A stretch of 63,646 nt of DNA, filler included, from Sluysia triapertura (GCA_046118255.1; 5 parts of 5 records of this genome joined end to end with filler, not necessarily neighbours in it), one strand, 5' to 3'. Positions 11,379 to 24,500 are shown, numbered from the whole stretch's first letter. Notes: generated by a model not told the origin, from the letters alone. Numbers and translations: made by a program.

Positions 11379-13274
11379 TTACCGATAAATATATAAAAAT
11401 TCTTGATAACTGAAGTCTTTTGTTTTTAACTGTGACAATTTTTGATAATAAATCTTTTTTAAGATTTCTTTGTAAACATAGATAAAATTTATGGGGTTGT
11501 TGTATGTTTTTGTTTGGAAGTTAAAATGATTTAGAATATTTAGAAGAGTGATTGAGGGCGTATCGTTATAAAACAACCGAATGTGTTGACGAGTTTTAGA
11601 CTTATTAACATAATGAGTGAAACTTGTAGACTTGAATACTTTAAAATTACACCATGAAAACATTGGATCATTTGCTTTCTTAATTAATGTAGATTTATTT
11701 TGAATAATTATATGCTCGTCGATACAACACATTTCATATTGAGAAAGTTTAATTAAAATTTCGTAATTTTTGTATTTTAATTCTTTTATAACAGTGATGT
11801 ATTTAATTTCTTGAAAACTCTTATAAAGCCTTTGTCTTTTGTAGAAATTATTAATTTTCTTAGATCTTTCGTTAATCAATCTTAAAATCTTTAGGCTTTT
11901 CTTATTATTACATTGAAGAAATTTATGCACATTATACGAACAAAGAGAACTAAAAGATTTAAATTTAATATCTATTAATCTACATAAAATTTGTATGAAA
12001 CTAAATAATGTTTTTAATATTATTGATAGATGGCGCATCTCTTGCTCCTTGGATCCATTTTCATTATTTAGAAAGGTAAGTTTTCTAAAAAAAATAATAT
12101 AATGATAATAATTGTTTATAAGAATATGAATAAACTTTGTTATAAAATTTTTACTTTTAATGTCCTGAAAATTGCTGTAAATCACCACTGCAAGTACTTC
12201 TCTCCACGGTATATTCGTGAAACCGGAGAAGATTCCACGGTATGTTGTGAGGGCATGTTTATAAGTTAGAAACTGTTCTTGTCCGTCATAGTTATTTGCA
12301 AGATTCTCGTAGTCTTGTAACACTTCTTCATTAATAATATCATTTGAATCTGCACTAATAGCATTATCTAAATCTTGATTGGTAGAATCATATTCACTGG
12401 TAGTATCGTTTTGTGGTTTATGAACCCTTCCTGGAAAATTTTCATATTGCCATTCTTTACTAAACTTCTCTTCAGCTTGTTTTCTTTGACCATAGTGTTC
12501 AAACTTCGTCATCGGTTTGAAACGAGTCATAAAATCATTTAAACGTTCTGTTAACTTCGACAAATGACTATGACATATAACATTTCTTTTATCTTGATAA
12601 CATTCGTGCAAATCTAAAAATCGAACATTAATCTCTTTATCAATAGATTCGACAACTTGTGCACAAGCCTTATCAATGTATTCACACATCTGTTTAACAT
12701 TGCTATATTCTAATGATAATAATGATACACTGCATTCACGCATCTCTTTAACCTTGTTATGTTCTAATGGTGATAATGATACACTGCATTCATGCATCTC
12801 TTTAACCTTGTTATGTTCTAATGGTGATAATGATACACTGCATTCATGCATCTCTTTAACTTTGTTATATTCTAATAATGATATACTATAATCACGCATC
12901 TCTTTAATATAGTTATGTTCTAATGATGATAATGATACACTGCATTGACGCATCTCTATAACCTTGTTATGCTCTAATGGTGATAATGATACACTGCATT
13001 CATGCATCTATTTAACCTTGTTATATTCTAATAATGATAATGATATACTATAATCACGCATCTCTTTAACATTGTTATGTTCTAATGATGATAATGATAC
13101 ACTGCATTGACGCATCTCTTTTTTACGTACAGACAACTTGTCTTCATAAACAACATTTCCGCGTAGTTTATCAAACTCATAATGTTGCAACGGTAACAAC
13201 GAAATACTCTCATCTGAATTACGATTACGATACATTCTATGTTTTTCGACACTCGTTTCTAGTTTGCTAATCAT
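11379..13274 (-). pseudogene. Orphan protein gene (631 codons if read through) with N-terminal 18-aa tandem repeats, interrupted by one in-frame TAG
   Basis: ORFs 13008..13274 and 11379..13007 abut in frame. The TAG at 13008-13010 sits where sister repeat units have GAG (AAG GTT AAA TAG ATG vs AAG GTT AAA GAG ATG). The C-terminal half is K/I/N/Y/F-rich with no recognised domain. Confidence 0.75.
12690..13121 (-). repeat. Coding minisatellite, 8 units of 54 nt (one of 48 nt), consensus EMxECSVSLSPLEHNKVK
   Basis: Repeated + strand unit ttctaatggtgataatgatacactgcattcatgcatctctttaaccttgttatg. The unit variants run in A-B-C-A-B-C-C-A' order. Confidence 0.95.
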
Positions 13275-13469
13275 TGTGAATGAAGTATACTTTTTGAGTA
13301 TTGCAAATTTTCGTTAATTTTTTAGTCTAATATGAAACGTGTTATTGATAACAAAATTTTATGTTGAAAAATATTATCGCGTATTTTTAAATTATCATAC
13401 TACACAATTTTTTAATGACATTATTCTAAATCAAGCTAATGTACATGATCAATGAATGTAATCTCTTGT

Positions 13470-13711
13470 TCACCCAATCAGAGTGCTAATTTAGTAATTC
13501 TTATGATTTGTTTGTTTATGCTCTGATTGGGTGATACTCGTTATCAATATGATGAGTGAAGAAACAGACTGATGGCTAACCACCATCAATACTGACAGAT
13601 CAATATTAACGTTAAATTGACTGTCAGGATTGGTGGTGGTAGCAACCAGTGCTATCGTCACTGTTTAATTTTATTTAATTTAATATTATTATTTAGGAAA
13701 CAAAATGGCGG
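13470..13711. promoter_or_regulatory. Double inverted-repeat module, copy A (CCAAT-containing IR, 62-nt hairpin, YY1-like site)
   Basis: Perfect 14-bp IR TCACCCAATCAGAG (13470-83) / CTCTGATTGGGTGA (13521-34). 20-bp IR ACCACCATCAATACTGACAG (13579-98) / CTGTCAGGATTGGTGGTGGT (13621-40). CAAAATGGCGG at 13701-11. It lies about 200 nt upstream of the 13274 start. Confidence 0.7.
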
Positions 13712-13795
13712 ATAATGGACGATATTAATGATTAAAAATAATAATAATAACAATAACGAAATAGTGAAATCATTGTTATTATTATTATAAGATGA

Positions 13796-13895
13796 NNNNN
13801 NNNNNNNNNNNNNNNNNNNNNNNNNNNNNNNNNNNNNNNTTAATTAATTAANNNNNNNNNNNNNNNNNNNNNNNNNNNNNNNNNNNNNNNNNNNN
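13796..13895. other. Assembly gap with artificial linker
   Basis: 44 N + TTAATTAATTAA + 44 N; identical structure at three other gaps. Confidence 0.97.
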
Positions 13896-13904
13896 GTAAT
13901 AGTA

Positions 13905-13972
<68 letters not shown>
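13896..13972. repeat. (AAT)n microsatellite at a contig edge
   Basis: Direct reading of the sequence. Confidence 0.95.
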
Positions 13973-14399
13973 TCGTTAAGTTTAATATTCTTGTGTTTAA
14001 AAATTCAAAATGTTTAAAATTTGTTTTAATTTTTTAATTAATGTGACTATAGAAACAGGAATGTTTACTAATTAAAAACATTTACAAGAATATTTGTCTA
14101 TTTCTTTCCTTTTTATAAATCATGGAACACAAAAGAAATAACAAGAAAAGTTACCTTTGGGTATTTAAGAAACAATGCTAATTAAATAAACGAATAAAAT
14201 ACTTTGGCCAAATGCACACTCTGAGGTCGACCAAAACATAACTTACAACTTTTAATTAAAAAATATAATTCTAAACGTTTTATAGACTTTTTTTATAGTA
14301 TTTTATGTATTAACTTATATGTGGATTAATAAAATATATTTTATATTTCAAATATTTGGAAGTGTTTAATTTTATAAAAATTCTATAATATTCTTAGAT

Positions 14400-16200
14400 A
14401 AAAGAGACCTCGTCATTTAAAATGTATGGAATTAGATCATGGACTGACAATGTTCGGTGTATCTGCTGACAAAATTATAGAATAAAAGCATCTTCATCCA
14501 TGCGTTATAAATTCAAGCTTGAATTATCGAATGATTCACAATAAGCAAAATACATATTCGAATAGTCACATGCAATAGTTGTCGAATAAAATGAATCCCG
14601 TAAAGAAAAATCTCGCTGAAAAATGATTCAAGAAGACTATGAAAACAATGCACAAATGATCGGCTTCCAAACATAGAAACATTTTAAAGAGACAGTCATG
14701 GTCGAAGAAGTATGACAGAGAAAATAAAATGTCATGATGATGTTGTTGGATAGTATAAATCCTATCAATTTACTCGATTTAATATAACGAATAAAAAGAT
14801 CAAATTCCTAATAATTATATTACAGATCCATTATGCATTGCCTATTCAACTTCATAAAAATACAACAAATCCAGCTTTCCTGGTTCTCCATTCCACTTAC
14901 AAAATTATAATACTTTACATACTAAAGTTAAATATTTTCTCAGATGTCTCTAAGAAAATTATAAATTCAATGTAAAAATGAAAAAATAATTTAAAAATGA
15001 AACCAATCGAAGAATTAGTTGAGTGTAGAAAGTGCAGTAGATCACATAGGAACAATTGAAGCTACGATAGAACTGGTTGATCATTTGAATAATAATAATA
15101 ATATACATAAGTATCGCGAACAATATCCAATTGTAAATAAACAAACAATTAAGGAAATTCGAGATAAGTACCATGAGATTACAGTAGCAACTACGTCTCT
15201 GCAAAAGAATATATTAAAAGAGAAGTTCAATAAGCCAGTATAATTCTGGTTCAAAAAAAAGAAAATTGTAAAGAAAATTCTTAATTAAAACAAAATTATG
15301 TTAAACTTACAGTTTTAGTGAGTGCGATTTGTGTAGGATTATTTTTATACAATAAGATCACATTATCAATATAAATCATAAATAATGTTCAGTTTTGTGA
15401 AAAATAACAATTGTTAAAAAAATTAATTCATAATTGTCCCATCATTAAAAATGTTATTAATGTCTGAAAGGCGTTAGTAATTCACAATCCATATGAAAGG
15501 CGTTTATTCTAGATGGATAAATAAAGTAATAGCTAATGATATAGATTCTCGACGATATACATGACACAATGCAGATGATAGTATTTTACGAAAATTGCTC
15601 ATTATAATACTACCTTCTGGACGAACTAGAAACCGTGCAACGTTTACTTAATAATTCTCAAAAGATGAAAAATAATTCCATAATATTAAACTCCACTAGT
15701 TATTATGAAATTAGAATGATCAAATATACATTATTAGATTGTACGTTTCAGATAGCACATATTGAACTTTTAAATAATGTTACAGTACGTTCTGATTCAG
15801 AAATCATGAATCACAAACAAATTAGTGAAATTTTATATTATTTACGTAAATTTAGTAGTACAGTTATGACATGTAAATGTTAATTTTCATTTAACTAAAT
15901 GTAATGCACAAAATTTGTTAACGACTATCATGATGATTCTAAAGACAATTTGTTGTATATTCATTTAGCTTATTGTGCAACTCCTGCTACTTCAAGAGAT
16001 AGTATCATACATGCAACTATTTTAACCATGAAACTTTGTGCTGAACTTAGAATCAGAAACATAATACTTAATTTAGTATATATAATCCAATGTTGTGGTC
16101 CAAAATTACTATCAAAACTGTTTCAATGATTTCCGAACAATTTACCGGTATATTGCCGTACTTGCATATAAAGATTTCATACATTAATTATTGTTAAATA
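14400..16200 (+). mobile_element. Possible heavily decayed Ty3/gypsy pol relic
   Basis: Only faint peptide echoes: GLTMFGVSA (~14440, cf. RT LPFGVSSAP) and SDVS (~14940, cf. RNase H TDAS). Many stops; boundaries approximate. Confidence 0.3.
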
Positions 16201-16295
16201 TTTGTATTTTATAATTCTGTATTTTTAAATTTCTTAATATAGTTGCTTCTCTGTATTTTTAGGGTTGATGATTTCCCAACTTTGATCAAGCTTAA

Positions 16296-16518
16296 CCCTC
16301 TGTGGGCCGAATTTTTTTCTTAAATATAAAAAAATATTTATTTTGACATTTCAGATTGATGGTGCTGCCAACCGTTATCAATATTGTTATTGGCTATTTC
16401 AGAGGCACTAGATAATTAAGACGCGTGCATCATCTTTCTTCTGAAAAAAACTAAAACTATTTGGTAAAATGCGGATATCTTAGCTTGTCGCTTGAAAGTT
16501 ACATGAGCCCATAGATGG
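16296..16518. mobile_element. Non-autonomous piggyBac-type MITE (223 bp)
   Basis: TTAA flanks at 16292-95 and 16519-22. Termini CCCTCTGTGGGC ... GCCCATAGATGG are 10/12 inverted, with the CCC start typical of piggyBac. Confidence 0.75.
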
Positions 16519-17643
16519 TTAATTAAAAATTTTATAGGCGTTTTAAACAATAACACGAGTTCTTGTAATACAGACCTTAAGACGATCTTAAAGTTTTTGT
16601 TTCAAATTAGTTTTCTATTTATTAATATTAATTCGATTGAAAATTTTGACAAAATTTTAAATGACATTATTTACTTTGTTGTTTGAAGTTTTCGACATCG
16701 TTTATATGAGATTCAAAAATGATATTTACAAAATCGTTATACTTTCTTCTCTTCAACGCTTAATACCACATTATTCGCATCTTCTGATTATACAAACGAC
16801 ATAAAGTTTGCACTACAAACATCGCATAAATGATCACAAAATTATAAGTATAAAACCAAACTTTTAATCTCACAAAACATTGATCTGAGCACTCAGGCAA
16901 AAAATCAACGCTGCAGATATTTTATCTAAAGAAGCAGTAACAATAAATTAATAAAGATATAATATCCATATAAAGGAGTCACTTTTTCAGAATACTATTT
17001 CATTTTACATTTTGTGAGCACATACGTTTGTAAAAGAAAATTCAAGTCACAGGATAAACTTCCTGCAAATAGTGATTAGTGAAAATTAGGGAAATCATTG
17101 GTTGTAGCTAATTTGTCTAAATATTATAATGTTCAAAGATCAACAAAGGAAGAAAATTCAGATAAATGAAAACATAAATTATTAGTGAGACTTTAAATTA
17201 GTGTAACTTTAAAAATTTAATAACCCTATAAACTAAAGTCTCCCCTATATAGTCAAATAGATTATTTGCAATTATAAAAATATTTTGAAACCGCGTGCAT
17301 TAATGCTATTACGTAAATTAGTAATCATATAGACTTAAACATTAAATAAGATGATTATCAGGATTAATGATTCATTATTATCAATAAACTCAGTATAATT
17401 GAAATTTTGAATATACATATAATATAATAATTTATAGGAAATTTTTCGTATAAAATTCATAGTTTGAATTACTTATGGCAAAAGCAATAAAATGAAATAA
17501 TTTTTACAATTTTTGCACACTAAACGAAATACTTTTTGTTATAGTATGTTGGGTGGATTTCAATATTATTTATAAAACAAGTTCTATAATAATTATTAAC
17601 ATATTGTAGAATAAAAACATCACAACTTTTCAAATACATTATA

Positions 17644-17646
<3 letters not shown>

Positions 17647-17713
<67 letters not shown>
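17647..17713. repeat. (TTA)n microsatellite
   Basis: Direct reading of the sequence. Confidence 0.95.
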
Positions 17714-17714
<1 letters not shown>

Positions 17715-17781
17715 TACAGGTAGTACTATTAATAATATACAGATTAATTATTATAAAATAAAGACAAAGGTATATACATAT

Positions 17782-19541
17782 TAGGGTGGGTTGAAAAATA
17801 GAAAATATTGTAATATCATTGCGGAACTTCGTATTTATTTGACAAATGGCCTCTGAAATAAGAAACAAAAGTTTAAATTGCTTTTTTATTACAGGAAGTG
17901 CTCCATTTTTAAATCTGAAAAATTGCATTAAGCAGAATTTTCAGCTTGATGTATTCTATTATTACTTTATTAATTTTAAGATTTTGTATGTATATTTTGC
18001 TTCTAATTTGTATTTCGATTGTAGGTTATATATTTAGAACAATATATTGAATGTTTTGTAACTTAATGGTTGCAAGAAGCGTAACACGGCACTCTGTATT
18101 TGGCAATGCCAGTGAACTTCGTCACAATGTACTGCCAACAAATCTTCAAGTTGCACAGCATTTCTTGCATATGAAAAAAACAAAGACAACAACAGAGCTT
18201 TGTCAGATGCTGCTATCAGTCTGTGCAACAAGGCTTCCATTCCAACTATGCATTACCGATCTGTAATCAAACGTGTGGAAGCAATGATTTCAACAGGTTC
18301 AGAACTGTCTCGTTCTAAATCAAGTTCAACACGTCAGTCTACTTTGGACTCATTGAACTACCACTACGACATCTGTTTACAAGACTGGATGGGCCAACAC
18401 CTGGAGCAACGAGTTTCACAGGTCCCATTGCTCATGAACTTTATCACTACGAATTGAAACATATTGCTAATTTTACAAAGATTACACGTCAACACAATGT
18501 GCCTGTGTTAGATGAGGATATGTTAGTTGATCTGACATGTGACCAGAAATATTTATATGATATTGTAACAGCCATTAGAACTAGCATTGTTTCTGAAAAT
18601 TTATTAGCTAAAAGCCTCGTCCCCTAAATCACTCACGATGGCTTACTTTTGCCAACAGGGTTTGCTGCCTGTATGTGGCTGCAGACAATCATTCTGCTAA
18701 CCTTTGCATCATCACACACTTCAATGTAACTAACTATGCTGCAAACTGGTTCACCATAAAGCTCAATCCCTCGTGCACATATGGTGAAAGACATGTCCAT
18801 TATGCAACTCAACTTCTCAAAGAACTTTCTAGTGAAACTGCTGCTATTTTCAAGGCTTACGTTAGTCGCGGTGCATATTTTGCTCATTCCGAAAATATTC
18901 TTATTACTATGCTGGCTGATTCAGACAAAAGTATTCGTTCAAGAGCACTTGATATTATACTCCAGCGAAGACTCCATGCATCTACAGTTGCAATACGTCT
19001 GTTTAAAGTTCCACCGATTAACTATGATGCAACAAACTACGTTGATCTGATTAACTGGGACGATATCCAGGAGCCACCACTCACAGATGATGATATTGCT
19101 AAATTAAGCAATGAGCCATTCACTTTGAATTACAAGAACCACACTCAAGGAGTGAAACGTTGCATTAAACTGATTAAAGATACCTCAAAAGCTGTTTATG
19201 ATTTTGAGGCCAGAGATAGCTTTATTCACGCACGAGTAAATTCTCGCAATTCAATGTCTCGTTTTGATTCAAAACAAGATTACTGTGATAACTTTTTGCA
19301 GAAACTATTTATTAGAAAAGGACATACCTATATTCTGTGAGTAATTATCATTGCTTGACCGTTTATATTTGCAAACAATATTGATATACGTTAGGCCTGT
19401 CTCATTATTTGATAAGTCTGCTGTGATTGTTAATACCATTAAAGCGAGTATTTTAGGTTCTTTGTGATTTTCTTTCATTTCACATGCAAATTCAAAGTTT
19501 TCCTGAGTTCCGTGACAAAGTTTTATTTTCAACCCACCCTA
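17782..19541 (+). mobile_element. hAT-superfamily (hATm-type) DNA transposon, internally deleted, 1.76 kb
   Basis: Perfect TIRs TAGGGTGGGTTGAAAA (17782-97) / TTTTCAACCCACCCTA (19526-41). Degenerate 8-bp TSD ATACATAT / ATACACAA. Encloses transposase fragments and is more GC-rich than its flanks. Confidence 0.9.
18051..19340 (+). pseudogene. Frameshifted hATm-type transposase
   Basis: Motifs across frames: KASIPT, DQKYLYDIVTAI, PLNHSRWLTFANR (hAT RW motif), AYFAHSENILITMLAD, RLFKVPPINYDA, WDDIQEPPLT, HTQGVKRCIKL, RDSFI. Confidence 0.85.
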
Positions 19542-20497
19542 ATACACAAGTACACAACCTAACATATTATTATTGCATTAACTAAATTTGTAATATACAA
19601 AACTTTCTTTTCTTGTACTTATAAAAAAGATATTTTATTGTTTTGTTTTGATGGTATTAATATTGTTTAACAAAACCAAAATATGAGCACGTATTTGAAC
19701 TATATTGTTTCATTTACTAATTACAAGCAGAATTTTATTTTATTCATTTATATTTTATAATCTGCAAACTTGTAATCATAACGTGCTCAATTTATGATGG
19801 AATTACTATTTTTATTTTTAGTATTTAGTAAGGTCATTAATCATTTCAAGAAAAGTATCATCCAGATTTTTCCGGATTACGTTATTGTTTTGTTTTTAAA
19901 AGTGGTTCAACATATGTAGTCAACTAGGAAAAGTTACTTTATATTGGAAATCAAAGTTGTCACTCCTGAGTGAAAGTTTAATAACTTCTTTCATTACGAT
20001 GAAGCACATTATTGAAACTATTTGTTCTATTCTCGAAGAAACACTCGGACGCAGGAATCAATTTGTGAATTTAAATGTTGATGATCAAGTTATGCAATAA
20101 TATATTCATTTGTAATGCTAATAAATTTAGACAAAATATAAAGGATACTAATATTTTAAATTGTTATACACTTTATTCAATTATGAGTAATACTTTTCAT
20201 TTATTTTGTACAAATTTAGAGTTTCTTTGTATTTGTGAAAGTTGATTAAACAACTTTAGGTTCAACACAAAAAACGATTTCAGTATTTCATTATTTCTTT
20301 TATAATACTAGTCATGAATTATAAAGTTATACAAAGGATAAAGACGTGTTCTGCTTTATTGGCAACAGCAAAACAGTTGCAGCAATGTTATATGAAAGAA
20401 ACTATTTGTGTATTACTTGATATGATACATTTTTTAAGTTTTCGTTTCTTTAAGTCCATTAACAAAATTGATATTATCTTTAATTTGAGTAGTTAAG

Positions 20498-20823
20498 GTT
20501 GAAGCATCAAATGTACAAATAAAGACATTTTATTATATATTGTGGTTAAGGATATGAACCCCGATGCGGAATCATTTTTAAATCTTCACAAGGTTACTAT
20601 TATTATAATGTCGATTTTGGGTTTGAACAATTAAAATTAAAAATTATCCAGTGGTTATTTTTTTCCAACGTAGTACTTAATAGTATCAATGAATTGGCAG
20701 AATTTAAAACCGGTTATCAACCAAACACTTGGTAAATGCTATCTTGCGAAATGAGAAGTGGTTATTATCGTTCTGAATTATTAGAAGTAATACAACATAA
20801 TAGTTATCGAGTTACTTTTATAG
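20498..20823 (+). pseudogene. Tudor-domain protein fragments (two Tudor-like segments, disrupted)
   Basis: Manual translation gives PRCGIIFKSSQGYYYYNVDFGFE and YQPNTW*MLSCEMRSGYYRSELLEVIQHNSYRVTFI followed by a GT donor. These fit the Tudor YRAx(V/I)...VxF(V/I)D(Y/F)G pattern. Contains a stop and a frameshift. Confidence 0.55.
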
Positions 20824-22173
20824 GTAATTTTGATGTTTGCCTTATTTGTCTCATGTTAGGCTTAGTTTTACAATGATAAGAAACGGCCCCCAAAATAATT
20901 TCAAAAGTTTAAAATTAAAAATTTAATTTATAAATGTGAAATTAAATAACTTTGGTGTCACAATTACTCACGAAATTAATGCTTTTCAATGAATTAAATT
21001 AATGTTTATAAAGACTAATTTAAGGTGTACTAAATAGTGATTAATTTTGCAATTTAAAATGAAATCTCGCAGGTGCTAGTAATTGAAATCTTTACATAAA
21101 CAACTCTAAATTTGTCGAAATGGACAAAAAGAATGATTTAAACCTGGATTCTTCTGATTGGTTTTGTTTTAATATTATTAGTATTAATATTATTGAACGT
21201 TTCTTATTTTCATTGTAACCTTTTTTGTGGATATGTAGTTATGCAAATCATAACATTTAGATTTTTTTGAAAATTTAATTCTTGATAATCTTAACTAATT
21301 TTATCTTACTTTGTAATACTGACTTTTACTGAAACTTTATAAAATTGCTGGTGATTTTAAAATGTTTAGTCAGATTATCGTTTTAAACTTTATAATTAAT
21401 CTTCATCAGGAGAACTTATAGCGCATCTCTTGTTTGAGATAAATGGAAGTGCAATTTGTGAACGAGTTCAGGTTTTTATTCCCTTTATAGCTTATTCTCA
21501 ATACAAAAGAAAAGAATTAATTTTTAAATTATACATTTAAGAAATTGACGAAAATAAATAAAACTTTAATAAAGAAATTTTTTAATTATTAACTAAAGGA
21601 AATTAATTTTTAATTTTAAAATATTTAGTGTTAATATTTGATCTAACCGTAAATAATTACTTCAAATAATGTCCTTAAATAATGTTATTTCTACAAAATT
21701 CTGATTTTTATACTTTTTTCTTGTTCACAAATTATATCTAATTTATATTCACCTTAATAGTATTCAATTTTTAGCGGATTGTCCATGTTTCATTGGCGTG
21801 TACCTTTAATTCGTAAGTATGATATATTCTTTCATGTTTGTTTTCTAATTCTAATTTTCATCTTGTTTAAATGCGTTTCTGAAAGCTTTTTGCTGTTTAA
21901 GATGATATTTCTTGAATTTTTAAATGCTTTCTATAATTCTAAGTTGTAAAGTAAGTGAACTGCAATTTTCATTATTTTATTAAAATTTTATATAATTTTA
22001 TTTTAAAACAGCTTGTTAAAATCGTTAATTAAATGTTTAAAAATGGGGTTCTAACAGTAGAATGGGAAGAATAAAAGTACTAATGGAAAATATATTTTAA
22101 AGATATTTTAAAATAATAAAGTTAAATGCTAACGTGTAAATAAACTAGTTATTTAAGGGTTAATTATATTAAG

Positions 22174-22556
22174 GTTCCTTGATCAATTAGAAAGCGAGTT
22201 ACATAATCTACGATCATCTATATGGGACCCAATATTTCAGTTATCCAGTTTCAATGGAATTCTTTCACCAACTTTAGCTAATTGTTTGCCACCATCAAAT
22301 TCTAATTCTGTTTCTAACTTGGAATCTGAAATTCAAACTAATGAAACCAAGACATCTTATTCGCATGACTTCGAAAAATTCGATTTGAATCGAGGTCTTT
22401 CGGTTATTGTCAATATGATGCCAATGGAAGAGTTGAATCACTTTCTACCGGCGTCACTACCTCTTCCATCTACTGCAAATGGTTCTGGGCATACTGATAA
22501 GACAGCACTTGCTGCCACTTCTTCACTGCAAAATGCGGATGGATCTAATTTCAGAG
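22174..22556 (+). CDS. Internal exon of a GCN5/PCAF (KAT2)-like histone acetyltransferase (end of PCAF N-terminal domain plus linker)
   Basis: AG acceptor at 22172-73 and GTATGT donor at 22557. The open frame FLDQLESELHNLRSSIWDPIF resembles KAT2 FLSMLEEEVYSQNSPIWDxDF and is in frame with ORF 22286..22564. Confidence 0.65.
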
Positions 22557-22949
22557 GTATGTGATTCTAATACTTTATTTTTATATTTGATTTATTTAGA
22601 GAAGAAAATATTAGGTCGGAACTAAGTAAACTTATTTTAAATGTATTTATAAGTTCCACTTTTGCATTTTTATAGTTTTCAATTAGTTATTTATGCTATT
22701 ATGTTTTGTTAATTCTTTTATTCCGGATATTTTATGCAGTATTAATAGTGTTTGTCATGTGATCGTCTTCAATTACGATTACGGTTTTAACAGTCCTGAA
22801 TAGTTACATAAATATTTATTTTATATGGACAAGTTAAGTGCATATCATAAATTAATATATCATAATTTATGATATGCAATATCATAAATAAAATTAATTG
22901 ATTTACCTAATGCCAATTAAATTTATCAAACCATAAGTGTAGTTAATTA

Positions 22950-24500
22950 ACATTAAATTTATAATGTTAAAGATAATGCAATGTAACATAATACAAACTA
23001 TAATACCGCTCGTACGACGTCATGATATACATATCATAGATTTAATAAGATACTGTTGAATATTGATGATCTTGGATGGTAGTACTTTAGGTCCGATTTG
23101 AAATTATAATAATTAGGAAAATAAAATTTGATTGCCATTTCAGTCTTCAGTAATTTTTAAAATAATTTGTATTTCTATTCTCATTGAGAATGATTATGCT
23201 ATTCTGTTGTCTTTGTTTTATTTAATTTTTTACTTTTCTTTTTCCATTTAGGTATCTAAAATTTTATGTTAATTCTATAATTGTTAAACAATACGCATCA
23301 ACTCTGTTATTATAGCAACAAGTACAAACACAAATTAAAGCACGCAACTCTCTAGAATCGCTCTCAGAAACAGATTTATTATTATGCATAAGGCCTTTTA
23401 ACAATTTGAAAAACGAGGTAGAATTTTAGAATTCATCGAGAAATCCAACTCGAAAGAAAATCTATAAAGATAACAATTTAAGCTCAATTTTATAACACAA
23501 AATTTGAAATCGGGTTGAAAGTTTATAAACTTATTTTTTTTGTAATAGAATATTTTTCGCATTCAAATATTCTATTTGCTTTAAATTAATTATCTTCGTA
23601 TGACTTTTGCATCAATATTTGATGTTTTTGACTATAAAATCACGAAGCTTGTTTTGATCCAACAATTCACTATCGGAAAGTAATTTCTGTTCAACCCGGG
23701 GTCAGAAAATTCCTAATTTCCTAATTTGGATTAGTTGTGCTTTAGATTTTTGAAATTTGGTTCATAATCATCTAAATTTTGCTGAATTAATATTGCATAA
23801 ACATCGTTTATCTACTATCATTACAACTTAAATACAATGATCTATAAAGCTTTCTTTATAGGTGTAATTGTATCAAAAGAAATATTTTGAATTAAATCCA
23901 AAATGTTTAATTAACATTTGAATTTTTCATTTGCTTCATTTAGTAAATAATTTCTTTAATATTTCGATTTGATATTAATAAAGTACCTAATCCTTTACGG
24001 AAAACACCATTATGAAAATTCATTTTAATGTTCAACGTGCCTTTTTGTGCAGCTGCACACAGTAAAACTTTTTTTAACTTGATTTTTACCTAGTTTTTAA
24101 ATTTACACACCAATTCATTACGTTCATCTTCAATATTTTTGTTTCTCTTTCATTACTTTTTCTTATTATCAATTCCAAACTGAATTTTTCGGAAACCACT
24201 TTATGTTTTATTATTTCAGCTAATTCGTTAGAATCATTATCTAAAGCTTTAAATAAAGGCTATTTCTTTATCATAGTGGTGGCGCGAATTCTTTATTATT
24301 AGATGTTAAAGTTTCTAAATATTTTATTTTGTTTTTTAATGATATCTGCATAATTTTTTCGAATTTTTATAAAAGAAAAATAAAATAAAATATTATTCAA
24401 AAAAGCAACAAACTTAAAACGTTTAATCAAAATTATTTCATATTTTAGGATAAATATTGTGGTTTTAAATTACTTTTACAAAATATTTTTGTATGAAATT
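22950..24500 (-). pseudogene. Decayed copy of the AT-rich orphan family
   Basis: gatttaataagat...cttggatgg (23039-79) matches gattttaataaagat...cttggatgg (11020-59) just 3' of the 11-13 kb gene. gttttgatcc is shared with 8861. Confidence 0.35.

Noticed and set aside
12676-12891. Plus-strand ORF with ankyrin-like-looking SNGDNDTLHSCI repeats
   Set aside because: It is the antisense shadow of the 54-nt repeat. The period is 18 aa rather than 33, and the frame closes outside the array.
12690-13121. CRISPR-like array (also 40120-40442 and 47861-47968)
   Set aside because: The units are contiguous tandem repeats without unique spacers, the context is eukaryotic, and no cas genes are present.
13840-13851. 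TTAATTAATTAA recurring four times (also 27184, 38638, 52413) as a possible biological motif
   Set aside because: It is always centred in exactly 44+44 N; it is an artificial scaffolding linker with stops in all frames. Adjacency across these gaps is therefore unproven.
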